Shown here: one piece after another, positions 38,972 to 46,376 of the stretch
Numbering within the stretch: position 1 is the first letter of the stretch
Layout of the letters: every line of letters starts with the position of its first letter
Assembly (NCBI GenBank): GCA_001824255.1
Contig: MHWQ01000002.1
Coordinates: forward strand, 205,446-269,445
Source of the DNA: Candidatus Zambryskibacteria bacterium RIFCSPLOWO2_02_FULL_51_21
Lineage (GTDB): Bacteria; Patescibacteriota; Minisyncoccia; Phycocordibacterales; Zambryskibacteraceae
DNA length: 64,000 bases
Direction of reading: 5' to 3'
Made by a program: the position numbers and the translations under genes
Notes under the pieces: model-generated
Seen by the model: the letters and a program-made list of their open reading frames with translations, nothing else
The model's database searches: none
Told to the model about the DNA's origin: nothing

Positions 38972-39664
38972 TTATACCTTCAAATAATGTTTCAGAGTAA
39001 ATATCCAGTCTTCGTCGGTATCCTGACCCGCTGAGAGCATCGTATTCAATAGCCATTCCATGTACCTTCTGTCAGTTTGAAGCACCTCCGCGACTGGTTT
39101 GCCCTTGTACTTGCCGAAGATAAAGTTCTTGAAAAGGGTCGGGCGGGAAGAAATCTTTATCAGCTCTTCAATATCCGGCAGCTTTTTATAAAGACGCTGG
39201 AAAACCGCTTCCAAGACTCTTACGTCCTCCTCGGCGTCATGCGCTCCGCCGTCTATCTCAAGGTCGAGATAGTAGCGCAGGAATTGCAGATTGTATTCGG
39301 GAATTTTATTCTCGCCATCCAAGTGCCGCGCGACCCGCAGAGTGTCGATGAAGCGCGGCACTTCCAAGCCCTCCGCCTTGAGCATGGCAATGTCGAAGAG
39401 AGCGTTGTGAGCGACCATGACGCCGTTTTTTAAAAGTTCCGCCAACTCCTTCTTCATCTCGCTGTCTTCGAACGCCGGCTTGTCATCAAGCATCTTGTTG
39501 GTGATATGGGTAACACTCATCGCTTTGACCGATATGGGAACAGGCGGCTTGAAATATGCCGTCCCAACTCCACCCTTCTCGGTTTTATAGGAAACTTGAA
39601 CGAGCCGGTCTTTCGCCGGCTCGTTCCCGGTAGCTTCGGTATCGAGAAAAATCAGTTTGTCCAT
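38972..39664 (-). CDS. DEDDh 3'-5' exonuclease (DnaQ-like) with C-terminal extension
   Basis: Exo I (FLDTEATG), Exo II (VAHNALFD), Exo III (HDAEED) motifs. Confidence 0.75.
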   Translation of the reverse strand: MDKLIFLDTEATGNEPAKDRLVQVSYKTEKGGVGTAYFKPPVPISVKAMSVTHITNKMLDDKPAFEDSEMKKELAELLKNGVMVAHNALFDIAMLKAEGLEVPRFIDTLRVARHLDGENKIPEYNLQFLRYYLDLEIDGGAHDAEEDVRVLEAVFQRLYKKLPDIEELIKISSRPTLFKNFIFGKYKGKPVAEVLQTDRRYMEWLLNTMLSAGQDTDEDWIFTLKHYLKV

Positions 39665-39705
39665 TGCTACTAGCTTACAGCTTTTAGCTTATAGCTTCTA
39701 GCGAT

Positions 39706-39732
39706 TTGACACACACGTAAAAATATTATAAT
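39706..39732 (+). promoter_or_regulatory. Promoter TTGACA-N15-TATAAT for small ORF 39759
   Basis: TTGACA 39706-39711, TATAAT 39727-39732, RBS GGGAG 8 nt before ATG. Confidence 0.5.
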
Positions 39733-39758
39733 TTATCCAACGGAAGGGAGCTGAATCC

Positions 39759-40064
39759 ATGGCTGAAGAAAAGCGTCCGTGCCACGAAGTCCTCTCGTCA
39801 ATGCTCAGTTTGATGGCTAACAATGCCTACAACGAGAAAGACGAGGTGAAAACCGTCCTCATCGTACTGCAGCAGAGCAGGTTCAAGGCTGCCGATGCCC
39901 ACAAGATCGCCGAAGATCACGCTGGGCTGCCTGGCATGCTGAGATCCATCCGCATGAGTGGTCTCGCCGAGTTCGCCGAGGAAGTCCTCGCCGACCTGCG
40001 CGGCCGCAAGGACGAGAAGAAGCCGGGGGTCAGCGCGGCGACGGCTTCAAACGTCGACGGATAG
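39759..40064 (+). CDS. Small hypothetical protein (101 aa), monocistronic, GC3-rich
   Basis: Promoter, RBS and strong terminator. Confidence 0.6.
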   Translation: MAEEKRPCHEVLSSMLSLMANNAYNEKDEVKTVLIVLQQSRFKAADAHKIAEDHAGLPGMLRSIRMSGLAEFAEEVLADLRGRKDEKKPGVSAATASNVDG

Positions 40065-40075
40065 GTCGAGGTCCC

Positions 40076-40120
40076 GAGCCCGCGAAGAGCCTGCGCTCTT
40101 CGCGGGCTCTTCTATTTTTG
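40076..40120 (+). terminator. Rho-independent terminator
   Basis: 15 bp stem GAGCCCGCGAAGAGC-CUGC-GCUCUUCGCGGGCUC then UUCUAUUUUUG. Confidence 0.75.
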
Positions 40121-40933
40121 GTTACACAAAGTTTCGAGCGCTTGGAGGTCGGCAGGGGTGGCGCGGAGGAAGTCGGCGTTGTTTATTTTATACATGATGG
40201 CCAAGGGGTCCGAGACGTGTTCGAGGCCGAGCGCGTGACCGAACTCGTGCGCGAGGAGCCGCACCAGCTTCGTCCGGCTGTCGAATTCGTAAATATTTAT
40301 CCCCTCCCCTTCCGGCCCGTTGTAATAAATGCCGCCCTCGAAAGTCTCGCCGCGCGCGGCGCCGACGGCGTTGTATTGGCTGACGTTCAGATTGAGACTC
40401 TTCGCCAGCTTATTCAATCTATCGGCAAGAGCGTTGAGTTCGGTCGCCTTGCCGTTGAGTTCATCTTCCAGAGACCTCAGAGCTTCAATTTCGGCATTGG
40501 TTACTCTCCTTTTGGATTGGAATTCCGCTACTTGCCTGTCATAAGCGCTTTTAAGCGAATTGTATTCGCTCTCAAGTCTTTTGTAAGAAGCCTCGAGCGA
40601 GTCGTAGCTTGTCTCGTTCGTCTTGAGATTGCTTTCTATAGACCCCAGCTCCTCCGTCGTCTCTTGGCGGTAGTCGTAAACCAGGTTTACCGGCAAGGCA
40701 CCACCCTCCGTCTTGTAAACAAAAAGGTCTCGGCCAGAAGGTCTCTCCCAAATCGCTTCGGCTTCGCTCAAAGCGGAGAGGAAATCTGTCCGGCTTACGT
40801 CAAAGCGCTGGTCGAAAGCGCCTATTTCATACGCAATAGGCCTAGTACAGGGAGGAACCGCGCCGCCGGGACCAACGGTGAACCACCAGGCTGCGGCGAC
40901 GAGAACCAGAAGGAAGCTTAGGGCCTTGAGCAT
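40112..40933 (-). CDS. Secreted zinc metalloprotease (zincin HExxHxxGxxH, matrixin/M10-like) with coiled-coil region
   Basis: Signal peptide, HEFGHALGLEH motif. Confidence 0.75.
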   Translation of the reverse strand: MLKALSFLLVLVAAAWWFTVGPGGAVPPCTRPIAYEIGAFDQRFDVSRTDFLSALSEAEAIWERPSGRDLFVYKTEGGALPVNLVYDYRQETTEELGSIESNLKTNETSYDSLEASYKRLESEYNSLKSAYDRQVAEFQSKRRVTNAEIEALRSLEDELNGKATELNALADRLNKLAKSLNLNVSQYNAVGAARGETFEGGIYYNGPEGEGINIYEFDSRTKLVRLLAHEFGHALGLEHVSDPLAIMYKINNADFLRATPADLQALETLCNQK

Positions 40934-41025
40934 TTACTTAATTATCTATGGTATAATCCCCTTGTCCAGCCGGAGAGACTTCTTAGGCCGGTATTAGGGA
41001 CTTAATTACCAATTACATTTAAATT

Positions 41026-41283
41026 ATGGCAAGAACTGCGAATCCGGCACTCCTTAGGCCCATGACCCTGTCTTCGGAACTCGAGGCAGTAGTGGGCAAA
41101 GGACCGATGCCCAGGGGCCAAGTGGTGAAGAAGATGTGGGAGTACATCAAGAAGAACGACCTCCAGAATCCTTCCAACAAGAGGAACATCTTCTCTGATG
41201 AGAAGCTTAAGCCCATCTTCGGCGGCAAGAGCGAAGTGACGATGTTTGAGATGACCAAGCTTGCTTCCGGACACATGAAGTAA
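41026..41283 (+). CDS. SWIB/MDM2 domain protein (85 aa)
   Basis: SWIB-like conserved pattern (..VVKKMWEYIKKNDLQNP..KR.I..DEKLK.IFG...V.MFEM.KL...H); extended -10 TGGTATAAT at 40949-40957. Confidence 0.6.
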   Translation: MARTANPALLRPMTLSSELEAVVGKGPMPRGQVVKKMWEYIKKNDLQNPSNKRNIFSDEKLKPIFGGKSEVTMFEMTKLASGHMK

Positions 41284-41310
41284 TTCGGGCTTGGGTCTGA
41301 GAGGAGAAAA

Positions 41311-41346
41311 CCAGCCCCGCCGCTCTGCGGCGGGGCTGGTTTTGAT
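41311..41346 (+). terminator. Rho-independent terminator after SWIB gene
   Basis: 13 bp GC-rich stem CCAGCCCCGCCGC...GCGGCGGGGCUGG followed by UUUUGAU. Confidence 0.75.
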
Positions 41347-41381
41347 AAAGAACGGCATCAGGTAGATTCTTTTTATCACAC

Positions 41382-41411
41382 TTGACATAGTGTCCTTTTT
41401 TGTATTAAGAT
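41382..41411 (+). promoter_or_regulatory. Promoter TTGACA-N18-TAAGAT upstream of sulfatase-like gene
   Basis: TTGACA 41382-41387; TAAGAT 41406-41411; partial inverted repeat GACA-TAG-TGTC overlaps the -35. Confidence 0.45.
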
Positions 41412-41491
41412 AATGAATAGAAGTTCGTTGGAATTCAGCACGCCAAGCCCAAACTTGGCCCACACAACCCCACACAGGAAGAAGGTAGACA

Positions 41492-43186
41492 ATGCGGAAA
41501 AGACTTGGATTCGCCGTGCTGGTCGCTATTCTCACGGGGGCCATCCTAACCCCCGCTCAGACGAAATCGAATGTCGTCGTCATCATGGCGGACGACATTC
41601 CCATGAGCGACATCACCACCATGGTGGCTCAAAGCCAGCTCCCCAACATCAAGGGGCTACTGGACACCGGAATCGAGTTCACCCAAGCCATTTCTAGCGG
41701 CTCGGTCGGCTCGACGGCGCGCATCTCTGTCCTCACAGGACAATACGCGCAGAACCACAAGGAGTTTGGAGCGGACCTCTTCTACGGAGGCCCGGTCCGA
41801 CACAACGAGGCGACCCTCTTGCCAAACTGGCTGCGGCCCGCCGGCTATATTACCGCGAAGGTCGGACGCACCATCCCAGGCTACGGCGCTGGTGATCTCA
41901 CCACTGAAGAGCTCCAGGGAATCGCCGCAATGCATCCGACCGTGACAGCTGAGCAGCTTCGTCTGTTCTACTCCACTTTCCCGAAGTGTTCGTACATGCC
42001 GCCGGGTTGGTCCATTTGGTTCGTTTTTTGCGAGCCGTGGACCTGGAGCGTCCACAAGTACAAGGCCTCTATCAGCGGGACCAAGATGGACTTCAGTTCA
42101 TACAACACCCCGGTGGAAAGGTGGCACCAGACCGACTTCGTAGCTGATGTCGGAGACTGGTTCATCAGGACAGCCGCAACTTTGGGAGCACCATGGTTTC
42201 TGGAGCTCGCTCCAGTCGCCTACAACCGCGAGTTATGGCCCGGGCCGGACGTTTACAACGTCTGTCCGGACCCCACGCAGCCACAAGCATGGTGGTACGG
42301 TGGACGATACTCGGGCGTCTCAGAAAGGCCGCCACTGCGCCACATAAACACCATCTGGAACGCGAATGACCCGAACGGCGTGGCACTAGCGTCGCTCGAC
42401 TTCTCGTTCCCCACGCCACCCTCATTCGACGAAGAGGATGTTTCAGACAAACCCACGTGGGTTCAGAACCTCCCGAGAATCTCTGCAGAGGACTTCGATT
42501 GCCTCCAGAAACGTTACTGGCGCCGGCTCGAGACGGTCAAGTCCATCGACGACCTGGTGGGCAAGGTGATGAAGGCGCTCGCGGAGACGGGCCAGCTCGA
42601 CAACACTTACGTGGTGTTCATGGCCGACAACGGAAACAACGACGGCCATCACCGCTACAACGAGAAGCTGTCGGCGTATGAGAATTCCCTACGGATCCCC
42701 CTCATCATCCGGCGGCCAGGCACGACTACTCCGGTCAAAGTGGACAAGCTGGTGCTGGGCGTCGATATCGCCCCGACCATCGCGGCCATCGCTGGAGCTA
42801 CGCCGAATATCGTGGTGGATGGCAGGTCTCTCCTGCCACTCATGGACAACCCCAGTTTGCCTTGGCGCAAGATGGGGCTCATCCAGCACACGCTCGGTGT
42901 CTGGGACGCAGGGGAAGCCACTACTGCTCCCCGTGAGTACTACGGGCTCCGGATCGGCAACGGTAACCCGCGCTTGTTCCTGAACTACCCCAAGGTGCAA
43001 ACCGGCGTCCGAGGGGAGTACTACAAGATGGCGACGGACCCGTATCAGCTCAATAACCTGTACGGGATGGCGACCACGGAGATAACCAACATCTCCCCAT
43101 GGCTCAACGCCATGAAGGTGTGTAGGGGCAACAACCCCACCACCGTGGGAAGCTGTGCGTGGTTGGAGAACAACTTCAACCGCTGA
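41492..43186 (+). CDS. Secreted sulfatase-fold hydrolase (alkaline phosphatase superfamily); canonical C/S-x-P-x-R formylglycine motif not evident
   Basis: Signal peptide, VVVIMADD metal-binding start, ...GSTARISVLTGQY where sulfatases have CxPxR...LTGRY; GC about 58-60%, GC3-rich. Confidence 0.65.
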   Translation: MRKRLGFAVLVAILTGAILTPAQTKSNVVVIMADDIPMSDITTMVAQSQLPNIKGLLDTGIEFTQAISSGSVGSTARISVLTGQYAQNHKEFGADLFYGGPVRHNEATLLPNWLRPAGYITAKVGRTIPGYGAGDLTTEELQGIAAMHPTVTAEQLRLFYSTFPKCSYMPPGWSIWFVFCEPWTWSVHKYKASISGTKMDFSSYNTPVERWHQTDFVADVGDWFIRTAATLGAPWFLELAPVAYNRELWPGPDVYNVCPDPTQPQAWWYGGRYSGVSERPPLRHINTIWNANDPNGVALASLDFSFPTPPSFDEEDVSDKPTWVQNLPRISAEDFDCLQKRYWRRLETVKSIDDLVGKVMKALAETGQLDNTYVVFMADNGNNDGHHRYNEKLSAYENSLRIPLIIRRPGTTTPVKVDKLVLGVDIAPTIAAIAGATPNIVVDGRSLLPLMDNPSLPWRKMGLIQHTLGVWDAGEATTAPREYYGLRIGNGNPRLFLNYPKVQTGVRGEYYKMATDPYQLNNLYGMATTEITNISPWLNAMKVCRGNNPTTVGSCAWLENNFNR

Positions 43187-43195
43187 AGACCATTC

Positions 43196-43252
43196 GCAAG
43201 GCGTGTCATGACTCTGCTTTCGCAGAAGCATGACACGCCTTGATTTATTTTG
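43196..43252 (+). terminator. Rho-independent terminator after sulfatase-like gene
   Basis: AAGGCGUGUCAUG...CAUGACACGCCUU stem with structured loop, then AUUUAUUUUGG. Confidence 0.7.
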
Positions 43253-43324
43253 GTGGACCTAGGCGGAATCGGACCGCCGTTTCGGCAATGCGAATGCCGT
43301 GTTCTGCCACTAAACTATAGGCCC
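43251..43324 (-). tRNA. tRNA-Ala (anticodon CGC), CCA encoded
   Basis: Manual cloverleaf: acceptor GGGCCUA/UAGGUCC with G3:U70, D-loop AGUGGCA, anticodon loop UUCGCAU, T-stem GGCGG/CCGCC; T-loop UCCGAUU has C at position 55; 5' end overlaps DedA stop codon. Confidence 0.6.
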
Positions 43325-43905
43325 TTTTTCCCCTTAAAATATTGGATAACCGGCGGAATCAAGGATACCACAACGATAAGCCCCACGATAGGCAAAACAT
43401 AGCGGTCCGCATCGGGAATCGACTGGCCGAAGAAATATCCCGCCGAGGTAAGGCCGACCGCCCAGATAAGAGCCCCGAAGAAGTTATAGAAAGTAAAAAT
43501 TTTGTACTTCATCTCCCCCACTCCGGCCATTACGGGGATAAAAGTGCGCACTATTGGAACGAAGCGTGCGAGCACTATCGCTTTCTTGCCATGCTGGTCG
43601 AAAAAGCTCCTGGTCTTCTCGATATTTTCCGGGCTGAACCAGAATGATTTGGGCCGAGAGAAAATTCTTGGGCCGATTTTCCTTCCAATCCAGTAACCGG
43701 TCGCGTCTCCGGCAAAAGCCGCGAGGAAAAACATGGGCAAGAGAAACTCTATGCGCAAGTACCCCTGCGACGCGAGAAATCCGGCGGTGAAAAGAAGCGA
43801 ATCCCCCGGCAGGAAAAAACCGACGAATATGCCCGATTCGGCATAAATGATGCCGAAAAGGCCGAGATATCCGGCTGTTTGAATCAAAGAGACGAGGTCG
43901 AACAT
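43315..43905 (-). CDS. DedA/SNARE-associated (TVP38/TMEM64) family membrane protein
   Basis: DedA signature region (GIFVGFFLPGDSLLFTAG...), multiple TM. Confidence 0.75.
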   Translation of the reverse strand: MFDLVSLIQTAGYLGLFGIIYAESGIFVGFFLPGDSLLFTAGFLASQGYLRIEFLLPMFFLAAFAGDATGYWIGRKIGPRIFSRPKSFWFSPENIEKTRSFFDQHGKKAIVLARFVPIVRTFIPVMAGVGEMKYKIFTFYNFFGALIWAVGLTSAGYFFGQSIPDADRYVLPIVGLIVVVSLIPPVIQYFKGKKGL

Positions 43906-43928
43906 TGACCCACTATATCATCGAAATA

Positions 43929-44189
43929 TTATTCGAGGAAAACCTGCGCGCCCTCCTTGGCTCTCTGCGAGAGCTTCACCGCCGCGTCGGCTCCTTTCTT
44001 CGCCTTATCCGCGTCGGCGTGGTCAATCTGGAGGGAGGAAACAGTCTCTTCGAACTCCTCATCCCCTTTCTTTATCTTTATCCTGTCGCCCTTCCCGAGC
44101 GGACCGGTGAGCTTTATCACGGCTACGCCGATCTTGTCGTACCAATGGGTAACGGTGCCTATCTGCTTGGCCATGCCTGTATTATACAC
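43929..44189 (-). CDS. Small hypothetical protein (about 81-86 aa), beta-rich N-terminal half and Lys/Ala-rich tail
   Basis: ORF track; likely start at internal MAKQIG (44174) with TATAAT 7 nt upstream (possibly leaderless). Confidence 0.5.
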   Translation of the reverse strand: MYNTGMAKQIGTVTHWYDKIGVAVIKLTGPLGKGDRIKIKKGDEEFEETVSSLQIDHADADKAKKGADAAVKLSQRAKEGAQVFLE

Positions 44190-44206
44190 CCGGGAGAATA
44201 TACCAG

Positions 44207-44280
44207 TGGACGATACAGGATTCGAACCTGTGACCTTACGAATGTGAATCGTACGCTCTAACCAGCTGAGCTAATCGTCC
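44207..44280 (-). tRNA. tRNA-Val (anticodon CAC)
   Basis: Canonical cloverleaf: GGACGAU/AUCGUCC acceptor, D-arm GCUC-AGCUGGUUA-GAGC, anticodon loop UUCACAU, T-arm ACAGG-UUCGAAU-CCUGU. Confidence 0.85.
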
Positions 44281-44284
44281 CTTG

Positions 44285-44355
44285 TGGACCCACGGGGAGT
44301 CGCACCCCGGACTCGTCCATGCCATGGACGCGTGTTACTGCTATACCATGGGCCC
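44285..44355 (-). tRNA. tRNA-Ala-like (anticodon GGC), degenerate D-arm and T-loop; possibly pseudo-tRNA
   Basis: Acceptor GGGCCCA/UGGGUCC with G3:U70, anticodon stem CGUCC/GGACG, loop AUGGCAU; T-loop UGCGACU (G55) and weak D-stem. Confidence 0.4.
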
Positions 44356-44410
44356 ATTTGCGGCTTTATTTTGCTTCATTTTTAAGATAGAATCAAGTTC
44401 GTTACTTTTC

Positions 44411-44435
44411 AAAAATGAGCCCCCGGCTCATTTTT
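44411..44435. terminator. Bidirectional terminator-like element AAAAA-UGAGCC-CCC-GGCUCA-UUUUU abutting tRNA-Ala(TGC) 5' end
   Basis: 6 bp stem, 3 nt loop, symmetric A and T runs. Confidence 0.5.
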
Positions 44436-44508
44436 GGGCCCTTAGCTTAGTTGGTAGAGCGCCTCATTTGCAATGAGGAGGTCAGCGGTTCGAATCCGCT
44501 AGGGTCCA
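44436..44508 (+). tRNA. tRNA-Ala (anticodon TGC)
   Basis: GGGCCCU/AGGGUCC acceptor with G3:U70, D-arm GCUU-AGUUGGUA-GAGC, anticodon loop UUUGCAA, T-arm AGCGG-UUCGAAU-CCGCU. Confidence 0.85.
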
Positions 44509-44512
44509 CAAA

Positions 44513-44555
44513 AGACACAAATGTCCCGCCTGCGCGGGACTTTGTGCTTTTGTGG
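44513..44555 (+). terminator. Rho-independent terminator after tRNA-Ala(TGC)
   Basis: Extended hairpin ACAAAUGUCCCGC-CUG-GCGGGACUUUGU followed by GCUUUUGUGG. Confidence 0.6.
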
Positions 44556-44807
44556 ATGGCGCAGGTATATCGAGGATGCCAATCCGAGATACCGAGCCGG
44601 GGTCGAGAAATTTTGTGAGCGACGGCGAACAAAATATTCGTGACCACAATAAATCTGCATGCGAAGCATACAAAATAAAATAACCCATGATGGGTTCTTT
44701 GTGCTCCACTCGGGCAGAGTGAAAGGTCGAAATTACCTCTAGAGAGTGCTTATAGTCCAGTATGATACCCGTATTCTAAACGTCTAATCTTGCATTAGTA
44801 GGGCATT

Positions 44808-45794
44808 TTGTATATGAAAAATATAATACTCATAGGATTTATTATTTTAACTCTCGGACTGTCTAGTATTGGCCACGCGGCTACCACTCCTACCTTATCG
44901 GACAGTTCGACGTATGCGATTCTTTCCAGTACCTATACCGATACGTCTGGCGCAACGACAATCAATGGAGACGTCGGCTTCACCACTCCCCCGGCAACCC
45001 CGCCACTTGGCACACAAACGAATTATGGAAGTGGAGCGCCATACTCTGTGGCTGGTACTGACCAAGCGGCCGTATTAGCTCTCTTGAATGCCCAGCCGTG
45101 CGATTTTACCTTCGGGGCTGCCACTGATTTGAGCCTGGAGACCCAGCCTCTCCAGCCGGGTGTTTATTGCATTACGGGAGCGCAATCTGTTGGGACAGCA
45201 GGGATCACATTGCTTTCTGGAACGTATATATTTAGATCAACGGGTGCTCTCAATACAGTGGCGAACTCCGTGGTTTCTGGTGGTAATGCCTGCGATGTTT
45301 TCTGGACACCAACGGCTACCACATTGGGAGCCAACTCTACTTTTTTCGGAACAGTGATTGATGACGCTGGAATCACAGTCGGAGCCGTAACTACATGGCT
45401 TGGCCGGGCGCTTGCTTTTGGGGGCACGGTTACGACAGACACTAATACCATCACAGTGCCTAATTGTGCTCCTGTGGTCCCCACACCACCCTCGCCTCCA
45501 GTCCCAACCCCTTCTTCTGGCTCATCGCATTCTGGAGGAACGAAGAGATGTGATACTTCTACCACACTTAGTTGCGAAGAATATTTCAGAAGCCCGGCAG
45601 TTAGCCCAGCAGTAAGTACGGTAGTTGCGGTACCTGAAGTGCTTGGAGTTTCAGTGTCTCCATATTCATATCCGACTCCATCGATGCCTAGTACAGGAGG
45701 GAGTCGTGATTACATGATCCATCTACTTCAACTTGCGAGCATTCTAATTGTTTCTGGAGGACTATCAATGTTCGTAGCAAGAAAAAGTAGATAA
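44808..45794 (+). CDS. Secreted DUF3494 (ice-binding-like beta-helix) family protein with C-terminal sortase-type sorting signal (MPSTGG-TM-RKSR)
   Basis: Signal peptide; N-terminal ...YAILSSTYTDTSGATTINGDVGFTTP... and C-terminal ...GRALAFGGTVTTDTNTITVP resemble DUF3494; Pro/Ser-rich stalk; lower GC about 45%. Confidence 0.5.
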   Translation: MYMKNIILIGFIILTLGLSSIGHAATTPTLSDSSTYAILSSTYTDTSGATTINGDVGFTTPPATPPLGTQTNYGSGAPYSVAGTDQAAVLALLNAQPCDFTFGAATDLSLETQPLQPGVYCITGAQSVGTAGITLLSGTYIFRSTGALNTVANSVVSGGNACDVFWTPTATTLGANSTFFGTVIDDAGITVGAVTTWLGRALAFGGTVTTDTNTITVPNCAPVVPTPPSPPVPTPSSGSSHSGGTKRCDTSTTLSCEEYFRSPAVSPAVSTVVAVPEVLGVSVSPYSYPTPSMPSTGGSRDYMIHLLQLASILIVSGGLSMFVARKSR

Positions 45795-46046
45795 TACATT
45801 TTGAAAATAAAATAATAGCCTCGGGCTGAAGACAAAAGGTTTTACATTGTTCCCGTAGGGCTCCACCCCTTGAGTGCTTTCTATAATCTGTTAATGTAAG
45901 AGCTAGAGTTTGCCCCGAGAGGAGGGGCCCACATGGGAGGCGGCCTCCTCTCGGAGGCGCCACGGCGCAGAACGGAAGAGTGGGATCGCCAGATCCCGCT
46001 TACTTCGCGCCGAAGCGCCCGATGTCGCACCCGCTCCCATTACACC

Positions 46047-46086
46047 GAGCCGGCCAGGCGATCCTGGCCGGCTTTTTCTATTTCTT
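46047..46086 (+). terminator. Rho-independent terminator in 45795-46094 intergenic region
   Basis: AGCCGGCCAGG-CGAU-CCUGGCCGGCU then UUUUUCUAUUUCUUC. Confidence 0.6.
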
Positions 46087-46094
46087 CTGCGAAA

Positions 46095-46292
46095 CTATTT
46101 TCTTCTGCCGAAGACCCCGTAGAGCACCACTCCGAGAATCGGGAAGACGAAGCAAGCCAATATCCAGAGAGTTTTCCATAAAACGCTCTTTCTCGTACCC
46201 AGGATGTCCATCATGGCCCATACAAACAATATAAGCCAAATGATAAACAGGACAGTCTTGAATGCCATGATGCCTGCGAAAGCTTCAACCAT
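46095..46292 (-). CDS. Small two-TM membrane protein, PLD-nuclease N-terminal (PLDc_N)-like
   Basis: 65 aa, two TM helices, C-terminal ...PILGVVLYGVFGRRK typical of PLDc_N family. Confidence 0.5.
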   Translation of the reverse strand: MVEAFAGIMAFKTVLFIIWLILFVWAMMDILGTRKSVLWKTLWILACFVFPILGVVLYGVFGRRK

Positions 46293-46376
46293 TTTTTTAA
46301 TTTTTATCTTTTAAAATCGGATTCGTTATCTACTCTTATAAATTATACTAGAAAATATAAAAAGTGAAACGTACAA

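Noticed and set aside
40118-40921. 267 aa plus-strand ORF antisense to zinc metalloprotease
   Set aside because: Minus-strand frame carries signal peptide and HEFGHALGLEH zincin motif; plus frame has no motifs.
41002-41544. 180 aa minus-strand ORF overlapping SWIB gene and sulfatase promoter
   Set aside because: Overlaps a plus-strand gene that has promoter and terminator; composition Arg/His-rich; likely spurious.
44283-44352. Alternative reading of the palindromic region as a plus-strand tRNA-Gly(GCC)
   Set aside because: The plus-strand fold lacks a T-arm and acceptor pairing; the minus-strand fold gives a G3:U70 acceptor stem and an Ala anticodon.
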